From Ignisphaera sp. (GTDB lineage Archaea; Thermoproteota; Thermoprotei_A; Sulfolobales; Ignisphaeraceae), in assembly GCA_038889075.1 (NCBI GenBank), contig JAWAHS010000001.1:1-64000 (forward strand): 64,000 bases of DNA. Direction: 5' to 3'. The position numbers and the translations under genes are program-made. Under the pieces are notes generated by a model that was given only the letters and a program-made list of their open reading frames with translations, was not told where the DNA came from and did no database searches. Shown here one piece after another: positions 1-8,947 of the stretch (within the stretch, counting starts at the first letter, position 1; every line of letters begins with the position of its first letter).

Positions 1-344
1 CTTCCACATCTCGGACACGTTGATGATGTCTTCATTGGATTAGCAAACCTAACCTCTAATCTTCTCTCAAGAGCTTCATAGCTTATAGTGAACCGCATCC
101 TTCTGTAGAACCATAGTGATAGCTTTTTGTTGAAATTGCTACCTCTATTCACGTTATTCCTGAGTTTGTCTAGGTTTTCGAGAACTATGGTTGAGCTGTG
201 TTCAACGGCTATCTCCACTACTCTATCACCTATCCTGTGAGTGTAATCCCATTCAATATTCCTCATCCTATCGCCGTGTTTTTTGACGGCTTCTCTAACT
301 CCTCTAGCAAATCTCCATGATTTAGAGTACCTTTTCTGAATCAT
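1..344 (-). mobile_element. tnpB: TnpB (IS200/IS605/IS607-type) C-terminal fragment, 5'-truncated, runs off the window edge
   Basis: Manual translation from ATG 344 gives MIQKRYSKSWRFARGVREAVKKHGDRMRNIEWDYTHRIGDRVVEIAVEHSSTIVLENLDKLR...KLSLWFYRR...ANPMKTSSTCPRCG, i.e. RuvC-II (VLENL) plus the Zn ribbon (TSxxCPxCG). An in-frame stop at 378-380 means RuvC-I and the N-terminus are missing. Confidence 0.85.
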
Positions 345-507
345 TGAAGGATGATATATGGCGTAAAATGGATTAAACTAGCTTTATCTATGTGGAGCTC
401 CATAATAGAATATTAACCCTTACACAATTGTCTACCATTAATAGCTGAATAGGAATTCGTAAAGCTTATAAGCTTTGCTCACCTAAAAGCTTAAGAGGAG
501 CTTAATC

Positions 508-1437
508 ATGGTCATCAGACCATCAGAACCTTCTCCAGAGGATGTGCTAACGAGATGTCCAAGTGGCAACATAATATACGATGAAGTTCGTGGAGAGTGG
601 ATTTGTGCAGATAGTGGAGAGGTCATAGCTGAACATGTTATTGATAGAGGTCCAGAGTGGAGAGCATTTACAGCTGAGGAAAAAGAGCAAAGGAGTAGGG
701 CTGGAGGACCTATAAATATAGCACTACATGATAGTGGGTTGTCAACGGTTATAGACTGGTATGATAGGGATGCCTCAGGCAGAAGGTTAGATCTTAAAAG
801 AAGACTTGAAATCATAAGAATTAGAAAATGGCATAGCAGAACCAGAGTTCAGAGCAACATAGATAGAAACATTATGCAGGCTTTAAATGAACTGGATAGA
901 ATTGCTAATCAACTAGGTATGCCAAGGGTTGTAAGGGAGGAGGCGGCAATAATATATAGAAGAGCCGTTGAGAGAGAGCTTGTAAGGGGCAGGGCAATTG
1001 AAAGCATGGTAGCAGCAGCACTATATGCAGCATGCAGAATACATGGTGTTCCAAGAACTCTAGATGAAATATCGAAATTTACAAAAAGTGGTAGAAAAGA
1101 GGTGGCTAGATGCTATAGGCTTCTAGTTAGGGAACTAGCACTAAAGATTCCCATTGTTGATGCTGCAGAACATGCTCAGAGAATAGCATTCATGCTTGGT
1201 TTGAGTGGCGCTACTGTTAAAACAGCAATAGAAATAATACAGAAAGCTAGGGAATCGGGCGTAACAGCAGGCAGAGACCCCGCAGGTGTTGCAGCAGCAG
1301 CAGTATACATAGCTGCATTGTTAAACGATGAAAGAAGAACGCAAAAAGAAGTTGCAATGGCAGCTGGTGTAACTGAGGTTACTGTAAGAAATCGATACAA
1401 AGAGTTAATGAAAGCACTAGGTAGCGAAGAACAGTAG
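508..1437 (+). CDS. tfb: Transcription initiation factor IIB (TFB)
   Basis: B-ribbon, B-reader GPEWRAF, two cyclin repeats, C-terminal HTH ([21 protein letters not shown]). Confidence 0.97.
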   Translation: MVIRPSEPSPEDVLTRCPSGNIIYDEVRGEWICADSGEVIAEHVIDRGPEWRAFTAEEKEQRSRAGGPINIALHDSGLSTVIDWYDRDASGRRLDLKRRLEIIRIRKWHSRTRVQSNIDRNIMQALNELDRIANQLGMPRVVREEAAIIYRRAVERELVRGRAIESMVAAALYAACRIHGVPRTLDEISKFTKSGRKEVARCYRLLVRELALKIPIVDAAEHAQRIAFMLGLSGATVKTAIEIIQKARESGVTAGRDPAGVAAAAVYIAALLNDERRTQKEVAMAAGVTEVTVRNRYKELMKALGSEEQ

Positions 1438-1739
1438 AGATTGGAGAAGCGGTTTTAGTTCTCATATTAGGTTGTTAGCAGATTCAACACCCATTTCTGT
1501 TTCCCTGCATTTTTCTCAGATCGCATCTGAGCTAGAAATGTTTAAAAGTTATTTCAATGACCTTAAATTCCGCGTCTTGGGAAGACCCTAAAGCTTTCAT
1601 CCTCCATCGAACATCCAAGAGTGTAGTAGATGTAGCAGAAATAAAGAGTCTGTATAGGCTTTTCTATTGCAAGATAGAAAATGATGTCAACGGCTACAAA
1701 CCTATAATAGAGTTCAAACAGTTTTGCTAGGCTGGGCGA

Positions 1740-1886
1740 TTATACTGCACGAAGAATTTTAATCTCACCGCTTCTACTCTTAACTATAACTCTATAGCCA
1801 CAGTAAGGACATCGAATGGCCATCATTACAGCCAGCTGAGATTCATCGAATTCTTTGCCGCATTTTAGGCAAATATATTTAGGCAT
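1740..1886 (-). CDS. rpoP: RNA polymerase subunit P (Rpo12), 48 aa, below the ORF-track cutoff
   Basis: Manual translation MPKYICLKCGKEFDESQLAVMMAIRCPYCGYRVIVKSRSGEIKILRAV*, which fits the YxCxxCG...IRCPYCGYR..K Rpo12 signature. Confidence 0.93.
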   Translation of the reverse strand: MPKYICLKCGKEFDESQLAVMMAIRCPYCGYRVIVKSRSGEIKILRAV

Positions 1887-1965
1887 GCCTAAACACTTAA
1901 AACCTTATATTCTGAAGCAGGTTTTTAAGCTCTAGATATACATTGTTAAGTGGGCATGTAAGTCA

Positions 1966-2283
1966 ATGAAATCAGAAAATCTGTGTGTAGGACTCCCTCC
2001 AGAGCTATGTACACAACTAGAGATAGAGTCCCAAGTGATTAAGATAAAGCTTGAACATAGAAAAATGGGTAAAATAGTTACAGTAGTAGAGGGCATAGAT
2101 GAGAAAGCATTCGATTTAAAAAGACTGGCATCGTACCTTAAAACAAAGCTTGCTGCCGGTGGAACTATAAAAAATGGTAAAATTGAAATTCAGGGAGACC
2201 ATAGATCAAGACTTAAGAGAATACTTACGGAGGAATTCGGATTTAGACCAGAGAACATAATATTTATTGAAGAGGAGCGGTAG
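1966..2283 (+). CDS. sui1: Translation initiation factor aIF1/SUI1
   Basis: [28 protein letters not shown] motifs. Confidence 0.95.
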   Translation: MKSENLCVGLPPELCTQLEIESQVIKIKLEHRKMGKIVTVVEGIDEKAFDLKRLASYLKTKLAAGGTIKNGKIEIQGDHRSRLKRILTEEFGFRPENIIFIEEER

Positions 2284-2308
2284 AAGAGTATATCGGTGTA
2301 GTTGAATA

Positions 2309-3544
2309 GTGCTAGCAACTGTCCAGGGATTAATAGAGGAGGTATATAATAGGAGTAGAATAGCTTTAAAAGTAATTAAGAAATACATACATACAACTCC
2401 ACTAGATGCAAGCATGACATTTTCTAACATGGCTGGATGTAGAGTGTATTTAAAGTATGAAAATCTGCAGAAAACAGGTTCATTTAAAGTTAGGGGAGCT
2501 CTTTTTAAAGTCTATGAATTATATAATAAGGGAGTAGATGGAGTAACAACGGCATCTGCAGGGAATCATGCACAAGGAGTAGCATTCGCTGCCAAAGTAT
2601 TTAAAATGAGAAGTGCTATAGTAATGCCCATTACTACCCCCATCTCAAAAATAGAGGCTACAGCTGGATATGGAGCAGAGGTAATACTGCATGGAAGCGT
2701 ATTTGACGAGGCAGAAAGTCTAGCATTGAGTATAGCCCGTGAGAAAAACTATGCTTATATACATCCATTTAACGACATAGATGTTATAGCAGGACAAGCG
2801 ACTATAGCGTGGGAGTTGCTAGAGCAATTAGATAGTATAGATGTGGTTGTCGTACCTATTGGTGGTGGAGGGCTTGCATCAGGTATTATAAGTGTTTTGA
2901 AGATTGTTAAACCAAGCATAAGAATTGTAGGAGTGGAGCCTTCCGTTGCACCTAAAATGAAGAAATCTGTTGAGATGAAGAAGATAGTCGAGGTTGATGT
3001 TAAGCCATCGCTTGCCGATGGTCTTATTGTGAAGAAGGTTGGAGAACTAACCTTCAACATCATCTCAAATACCATTGATGAAATAGTGACTGTAGATGAG
3101 GATGAGATTGCATATTCGATGTATCTACTTCTTGAAAGAGCAAAGACTTTAGCTGAAGGAGCGGGAGCTTCTACGTTGGCAGCACTGATTAGTGGTAAGA
3201 TTCAAGGTATTAAAGGTAAGAACGTTGTAGCATTGATAACAGGTGGAAATGCTGATTTAACATCCATATATAGGGTGATAGTCAGAGGATTATTGAAGCA
3301 TGGAAGAATGGTAAAGATCTATGGATATGTCCCAGACATCCCTGGCACACTCTATAAAATAACAGAGGTTATAGCTAAACATAGATGCAATATAGTCGAC
3401 ATAAGACATGAGAGATCTAATGAAAAAATGCCGCCTTTGTATACGTACATAGAGATACTGCTAGAGGTTCCATCTAGGAAAGCGCTGGACAATGTTATAA
3501 ATGATTTGCAGAAGAACGGATTCAATTTTAGTACCACTACATAA
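2309..3544 (+). CDS. ilvA: Threonine/serine ammonia-lyase with C-terminal ACT domain
   Basis: LKYENLQKTGSFKVRG PLP-lysine motif, ASAGNHAQG, PIGGGGL, ACT motif DIPGTL. Confidence 0.93.
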   Translation: MLATVQGLIEEVYNRSRIALKVIKKYIHTTPLDASMTFSNMAGCRVYLKYENLQKTGSFKVRGALFKVYELYNKGVDGVTTASAGNHAQGVAFAAKVFKMRSAIVMPITTPISKIEATAGYGAEVILHGSVFDEAESLALSIAREKNYAYIHPFNDIDVIAGQATIAWELLEQLDSIDVVVVPIGGGGLASGIISVLKIVKPSIRIVGVEPSVAPKMKKSVEMKKIVEVDVKPSLADGLIVKKVGELTFNIISNTIDEIVTVDEDEIAYSMYLLLERAKTLAEGAGASTLAALISGKIQGIKGKNVVALITGGNADLTSIYRVIVRGLLKHGRMVKIYGYVPDIPGTLYKITEVIAKHRCNIVDIRHERSNEKMPPLYTYIEILLEVPSRKALDNVINDLQKNGFNFSTTT

Positions 3545-3558
3545 TATTTTTGTTTGAA

Positions 3559-3608
3559 TCAGTGCGAGAGCTCTTCATCATTTTTCAGACGGTTTGCATA
3601 GTCATCAT
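3559..3608 (-). ncRNA. Box C/D guide sRNA
   Basis: Minus strand reads ATGATGA-ctatgcaaaccgt-CTGA-aaa-ATGATGA-agagctctcgca-CTGA: perfect C, D', C', D boxes with 12-13 nt guides, intergenic. Confidence 0.9.
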
Positions 3609-3633
3609 ATGAAATATCTATTATTCATCACAT

Positions 3634-4542
3634 TTAACGTTTGGTTAGTGATATCACATAGCTAGCTAACTTTTTAGCTGGATTTATACCTGTTGCTCTT
3701 TGTATTCCCCTCCACTGTGGGGAGGCGTTCACTTCAAATACGACATATCCATCCTTTGTTTCAGCAACATCTATACCAGCGTAGCACAAGTTTAATGTTT
3801 TCAGAATTTTAAAGCTAAGAGATTCAAGTTCTCTATCCAGTTTTTCTATAATATCAGCACGAGCTCCCTGAGCAATATTTGTTTTCCAATTCTCAACGCT
3901 TTGCTGAATACGATAGTATGCTGCAACAATTTCATCACCTATTATAAGTACTCTGATATCTCTTCCGGGTTTCTCTATAAACTCCTGAATATATATAGGT
4001 TGATGTAACTGTGATAATGTCCTGGCTACGTTGTAAACGGTATCAGGATTTTCAGCCTTGATTATACCAAATCCCATACTTCCTACTAGTGGTTTTACAA
4101 CAACCTTTCTCCAATTCTCGGCTAGTTTTGTAGCAGAATAGAAGTCTTCTACCACGGCTGTTCTAGGGGTGGGTATACCTGCCTTTGACAGAAGAAGGAG
4201 ACTAAGGTATTTATCTCTAGCAACTATATAGGAATTGACGGGGTTTACCACCGGAATGCCTATTTCCTCTACGTGTCTAAAAATATCTATCCTTCTAAGG
4301 AAGATTTCTATAGTTGTGGCTACACCTAGATCCCTTAAGATAACAGCATCGGCTTCGAAAGGTTTCAGTGTATTTGAGTAGACCACATTAAAAATATTTT
4401 CACCTATGATAGATGTGATATTGGAGGGTCTTAAGTATATAGGTGAAGCTCCAAGCTCTTCAAGAGCTAGCATTATTTGCCTTATACTCCAGGGAGGTAT
4501 AGGTTTATCAGCAACGACAGCTATTTTCATAGATTCCACCAT
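3634..4542 (-). CDS. RimK/LysX-family ATP-grasp amino-acid ligase
   Basis: RDKY..GIPTP, VVKPLVGSMGFG, YIQEFI..GRDIR, WKTNIAQGA, GIDV..FEVNASP. Confidence 0.9.
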   Translation of the reverse strand: MVESMKIAVVADKPIPPWSIRQIMLALEELGASPIYLRPSNITSIIGENIFNVVYSNTLKPFEADAVILRDLGVATTIEIFLRRIDIFRHVEEIGIPVVNPVNSYIVARDKYLSLLLLSKAGIPTPRTAVVEDFYSATKLAENWRKVVVKPLVGSMGFGIIKAENPDTVYNVARTLSQLHQPIYIQEFIEKPGRDIRVLIIGDEIVAAYYRIQQSVENWKTNIAQGARADIIEKLDRELESLSFKILKTLNLCYAGIDVAETKDGYVVFEVNASPQWRGIQRATGINPAKKLASYVISLTKR

Positions 4543-4586
4543 ATAATGATTAATTAGAGTAATGCTGTAAAGTTATTTATAAAGCT

Positions 4587-5267
4587 TTATATAATCCTGC
4601 TAATAGCGATATATGTAGCTGCCATAAGCATAACCAATATCGTTGAGATATTTATAGCATCCAACGCCTTTGCACCACCTATGACAAGCGTCTTTCTCAG
4701 TTTCTTTAACCCAGGGTGTATAAAGATGTAAGGCAGTATGTCAGAGCCTATGATTATACCCATGACAGTTATCAGTGGAAGGGCATAGAAGTAGTAGTTA
4801 TTCGACTGAAATAGGACTACTGATACTAAAAATAGAGATATTGAGTATCTAAATATATTGACGATGATCGATCTACTTGATAGTACTGTATTTATGGAAG
4901 CTATCATTGTTGAAAGTGATAAGAGAATCGTAAATAGCTTTATATCGATACTGCTACTGAGAGCTATGATCAGTGAAGCTATGAAGGGCAATAGACATCC
5001 GCAGAAATCTATAGCTATGGTGTTCACATTTTGTAAATATACAACACGACAAACGGATCTATGATTTACTGATACATAGATGAATGTTATTGCTACCACT
5101 AGTACTATTAAATTGAATCCGATTAAAAGCATAGCGTAGATTAGGAATACTGATATGAAAATGAGATATACTACGCTTGAATGCAGAGATGATAATACCA
5201 TGGTCCCACAACGCATTTTATCAATAAGACCATACATAGCTGTAGTATGGTGAGTAATTATAATCAT
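4587..5267 (-). CDS. Membrane protein, DUF1614-like
   Basis: Several TM helices; IAIDFCGCLLP and VIGGAKALDAI resemble DUF1614 motifs. True start may be downstream. Confidence 0.6.
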   Translation of the reverse strand: MIIITHHTTAMYGLIDKMRCGTMVLSSLHSSVVYLIFISVFLIYAMLLIGFNLIVLVVAITFIYVSVNHRSVCRVVYLQNVNTIAIDFCGCLLPFIASLIIALSSSIDIKLFTILLSLSTMIASINTVLSSRSIIVNIFRYSISLFLVSVVLFQSNNYYFYALPLITVMGIIIGSDILPYIFIHPGLKKLRKTLVIGGAKALDAINISTILVMLMAATYIAISRII

Positions 5268-5345
5268 TAAGACTTTTGAGAATGATACAGGTATGTATAA
5301 AAGCTTATCTTAGAATTTTAGCCAATATTTACCTGGTGTAAAATA

Positions 5346-6149
5346 TTGGATTTTAATATTGTTAAGGCTTTATTCTATGCATGCAATAGCTATCCTAAAA
5401 TAGCAGCACCGCACAGGCTCAGCCCATCTAATGATTTTGAAATCTGCGTTCTTACAGCACTATCTTCAATTCTTGATATCGATTCAAATGTTAGAAGATA
5501 TGTTGAAGAATTAAAGAAGGGTCTGAGGGGGATTAACGATATTAATATAGGGGGATCAATAGTACAGGGATTATTATCAAGTCTTAGAAACGTTGGTTCT
5601 AACGCCATGATTGAAATAAGTATAGCGTCCACAATGTCTCTATATATTAATTACATAATACGTTTGCAGCAACTCGATTTCCACGAATCAATCAGATGTT
5701 TATATAGAGCCATGTCATTAAATGATGTTAATGAGACACTATCATTTATTAGAACGTTGAAAAATTTTGGAGGGGAGATAGCAGTGCTTCTTGATAAAGC
5801 TGATATAGCAGAGCGGAGAGTATTTGTAGAGAATATGAAGCTGAGTGATGTATTGCAAAATCTCTCTAGAGTTTCACTAAAATTTGAAGCATTTGCAAAC
5901 ATGCAAAAAGTTCTTAATGTATTGAATACTGTTGAAGATATTGCGAAGAATTTAAATAACATTAATTTAATATTGTCAAGACTTTCACTGCTATTGTTAG
6001 AGGAGAAATCCATTAAATTATCTGATAGATCTATAGCTGATATACTAAAAGTTGATATGGATTATAGGAAACGAAATAGAAATATGATACATATTATGCC
6101 ATATATTGTTTTCGCTTCGCTATATATGGTTTTAACAAAAGGTTACTGA
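5346..6149 (+). CDS. Divergent CitG-like (triphosphoribosyl-dephospho-CoA synthase fold) protein
   Basis: N-terminal YPKIAAPHR..DFE resembles the CitG PKPGxVHR motif; helical; other motifs degenerate. Confidence 0.45.
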   Translation: MDFNIVKALFYACNSYPKIAAPHRLSPSNDFEICVLTALSSILDIDSNVRRYVEELKKGLRGINDINIGGSIVQGLLSSLRNVGSNAMIEISIASTMSLYINYIIRLQQLDFHESIRCLYRAMSLNDVNETLSFIRTLKNFGGEIAVLLDKADIAERRVFVENMKLSDVLQNLSRVSLKFEAFANMQKVLNVLNTVEDIAKNLNNINLILSRLSLLLLEEKSIKLSDRSIADILKVDMDYRKRNRNMIHIMPYIVFASLYMVLTKGY

Positions 6150-6159
6150 CTAGTATCCA

Positions 6160-6876
6160 CTAGTTTACTATATTGACATTGATTACTGTAACACCTTTTC
6201 TAGCTATAAGGGAAACATTGTATACATCGACGCCATTTACATTTGCATATAGTCTAGAAGCATTATGTGCATGTCCATGTATAGAAATTTTGGGTCGCCC
6301 ATCTACAGGTAGAGATTCTATTATGGGGTATCCTAAATAGTTATGTATTACAGGATTTTCACCGTAAAGTGTTACATATGTAGAAGCGTAGTGTGTTACT
6401 AGAATCGATATGTTCTGTCTACTACATTCCTTAAGAATACTCTTTATCTTATTCAATCGAGCTTCATACATGTGTTCTACATCAGGTATATTGCGGCGTT
6501 GCCATGATGTCGGTTTTCTAAGTATACCCCTGCTACCAGCAATACAGACACCAACGTTCTTTATTCTCAATGTAACATACTCATCATTGAGCCATACTAT
6601 TTCTGGATATGCGCTCTCAAATTTTTCTTCAAGGCCTATGTACTCTTCGTTTCCAAATACAGCTATTATAGGAATTTCTGTACCTAATCTTTTGATGAAT
6701 TTAGTTAATACATCGACAACAGGTTTAACCATATCCACATTGCCATTATTAACTACGTCACCTGCTAATATTATCAGATCGAATTCTTTATTTAATATAC
6801 TACTAATGGATACACTAAAGAGAGGTAGGTAGTATGGACTATGAATATCGGCCGTAGCGATTATCGACATCTTCAT
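6160..6876 (-). CDS. Calcineurin-like metallophosphoesterase
   Basis: DIH, AGDVV, GNEE, VTH, HGHAH motifs. Confidence 0.9.
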   Translation of the reverse strand: MKMSIIATADIHSPYYLPLFSVSISSILNKEFDLIILAGDVVNNGNVDMVKPVVDVLTKFIKRLGTEIPIIAVFGNEEYIGLEEKFESAYPEIVWLNDEYVTLRIKNVGVCIAGSRGILRKPTSWQRRNIPDVEHMYEARLNKIKSILKECSRQNISILVTHYASTYVTLYGENPVIHNYLGYPIIESLPVDGRPKISIHGHAHNASRLYANVNGVDVYNVSLIARKGVTVINVNIVN

Positions 6877-6982
6877 AATTAATACCTTTTCTCTCTAAAT
6901 AGTAACGTTTAATAAATGCTTATAAGGATAAGTGGGCATGCAATACTAGTCTCCTAGCAGTAGGTCTAGCCCTAAAGGATTA

Positions 6983-7222
6983 GTGGGGGTAAAAATCATG
7001 TTGAAACCTAGAGGATGCAACTCTTCAGGTTATAAAGGATGGTATGAAGTTAAGTGTAGAATTTGTGCTAAAAAGATGTACCTAGGCGATGATGTTGTAT
7101 ATTATTGTCCTAAGTGTGTTCAAAAATATGAAGCATATTTTTGTGTAGCTGATGCAAGGAGGCTATACATGCACTGTCCATACTGTGATGGAGAGCTGCA
7201 GCTATTTATCCAAGCAACATGA
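6983..7222 (+). CDS. Small Cys-rich zinc-finger protein
   Basis: CRIC, CPKC, FCxxD, CPYC in under 80 aa. Confidence 0.75.
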   Translation: MGVKIMLKPRGCNSSGYKGWYEVKCRICAKKMYLGDDVVYYCPKCVQKYEAYFCVADARRLYMHCPYCDGELQLFIQAT

Positions 7223-7237
7223 TACAGTTAGATATCC

Positions 7238-7606
7238 ATGTATATAGAGAAGGAATATTATCTAGATGAATTTAGGAAGGTTCTAATTATTAGTATAGGA
7301 AACGATAATGTATTGATTTTAGTAGATCTATATCCATGTGCTGTGGAAATCACAGATTCTCTAGAAACTATCCATAGAATTGTTATGGATGATGTTGAAG
7401 TATTGGTTAAACCACTAAAGCTAGAAGATACCACGCATTTCAATCGGGCTGAGGTTGAAATACTATGTATACGATCAAAAGATAGTTGTCAGTATATTAA
7501 TTTAAGATTATACACTTTGTATAGCACCCTAATTCAGTTTGAATCCAGACTATTCGAAGTCCTACATGAAATAGTGGACAATATTGAGAGCTGCTTAAAA
7601 CAGTAG
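7238..7606 (+). CDS. Hypothetical protein
   Basis: 122-aa ORF co-oriented within a small-gene cluster; no motif recognised. Confidence 0.6.
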   Translation: MYIEKEYYLDEFRKVLIISIGNDNVLILVDLYPCAVEITDSLETIHRIVMDDVEVLVKPLKLEDTTHFNRAEVEILCIRSKDSCQYINLRLYTLYSTLIQFESRLFEVLHEIVDNIESCLKQ

Positions 7607-7680
7607 AAATATCCATAATATGTCTTACTGCTTAAATTCGAAATACAATAACTAAACGATATAGATGGTGTCCGGCTGTT

Positions 7681-7995
7681 ATGAGGCAGGAGATAGCTCT
7701 TAAGAAAATAATTGAATATACCGCTAGAAAAGCATCTTCATTAAATCAAAGATATGAAATAGAAGATCTTGTTGCACCATCTATAGCAACTATTGTTGAT
7801 AGATCTATGGAGAAAATCGCTCTAACATTGGTTAAGAGGAATGGTGGATTGTGGTGTAACCTCTGTAGCAAAGGACCTTTTACTAAGCGAGGATTATATC
7901 TACATCTTGTAAGGGTTCATACAAAGGATATAGAATTCATGGTCAAGGAGGAAATAAAGAGAATACTAGATGGAATTAGAAAGGATAAACAATAG
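7681..7995 (+). CDS. C2H2 zinc-finger protein
   Basis: CNLC-x3-F-x5-L-x2-H-x4-H (CNLCSKGPFTKRGLYLHLVRVH). Confidence 0.85.
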   Translation: MRQEIALKKIIEYTARKASSLNQRYEIEDLVAPSIATIVDRSMEKIALTLVKRNGGLWCNLCSKGPFTKRGLYLHLVRVHTKDIEFMVKEEIKRILDGIRKDKQ

Positions 7996-8131
7996 TAAGG
8001 ATTATATGGAGAAAATGTTGTAAGGATTCAAGTAAATAGGTGCTATGGTGTATTCATAGCCTATAATGAATAATAGTGGTACGAGATACCAAAATAAGAG
8101 AGGTACAATCTAGAATAATATCTGCGAAAGG

Positions 8132-8806
8132 GTGAAGAACATATATGTAATTGTATTTGATGTGGATGGTACACTAACCCCCATAAGAAGCTCTTGGCAA
8201 TTTATTCACATAATACTAAACACGATCCATAGAGTACATAGTTACGCAAGGCTATTCTTAGACGGTATTATTACATATGATGAGTGGATTGCATTAGAGG
8301 TAAGTATGTGGAAGGGACTTCATTCAGATACTGTTAGAAGAATCCTTGAAGCAATTCCGTGGAGAAGTGGTATAGAAGAGATTGCCAATCTGGTTAAGAA
8401 ATATAAGGATAGAGCAATGATTATAGCAGTTTCAGGAGGATTTGATTATTTATGTGAGCGAGCAGTTAAGGAGCTCGGATTTGATGCGCATCTATGTGTA
8501 AAACTTCAAATTAATGAGGGTAGATTAACCGGATTTGCCAGTGACTATCCTGACTATGATGGTAAGGGAAGAATACTGTTAGATTTTTTAAACGATATAG
8601 GCGTAGATATAGGGAGAGCTAAACTCATATGCGTAGGAGATAACATTAATGATATTAACTTATTTGAGGTTTGTGATATAGCAATAGCGTTCTGTGCAAA
8701 TGAAAATGTAAAAGAATATGCAGACATTATAATAAATACATGCAATGTGAGATTCCTTGCAAGATTGTTAGATGAATTGCTAGTTTATACACCTAACTCA
8801 ACATAA
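8132..8806 (+). CDS. HAD-superfamily phosphatase, phosphoserine phosphatase-like
   Basis: FDVDGTLT, VSGGF, K, VGDNIND motifs. Confidence 0.88.
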   Translation: MKNIYVIVFDVDGTLTPIRSSWQFIHIILNTIHRVHSYARLFLDGIITYDEWIALEVSMWKGLHSDTVRRILEAIPWRSGIEEIANLVKKYKDRAMIIAVSGGFDYLCERAVKELGFDAHLCVKLQINEGRLTGFASDYPDYDGKGRILLDFLNDIGVDIGRAKLICVGDNINDINLFEVCDIAIAFCANENVKEYADIIINTCNVRFLARLLDELLVYTPNST

Positions 8807-8947
8807 AGGCAGATATTCTAATTTAGTCAAATAGAGACCATTTGTCCTCCAAATAATGTATTCCTTAGTACTAAAAGATGTCTATATTCATTAAAGAATA
8901 CAGATTCTCACAGGGACCATTTCAAGGAGCTGATAAATGCAAAATTA

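Noticed and set aside
550-620. TFB B-ribbon with only two cysteines
   Set aside because: Common in crenarchaeal TFBs, so not novel
1515-1531. Hairpin CTCAGAT-cgc-ATCTGAG
   Set aside because: Isolated 7-bp stem with no supporting context
1557-1730. 57-aa plus-strand ORF (MTLNSASWEDPK...)
   Set aside because: No motif or SD; cannot be supported without a homology search
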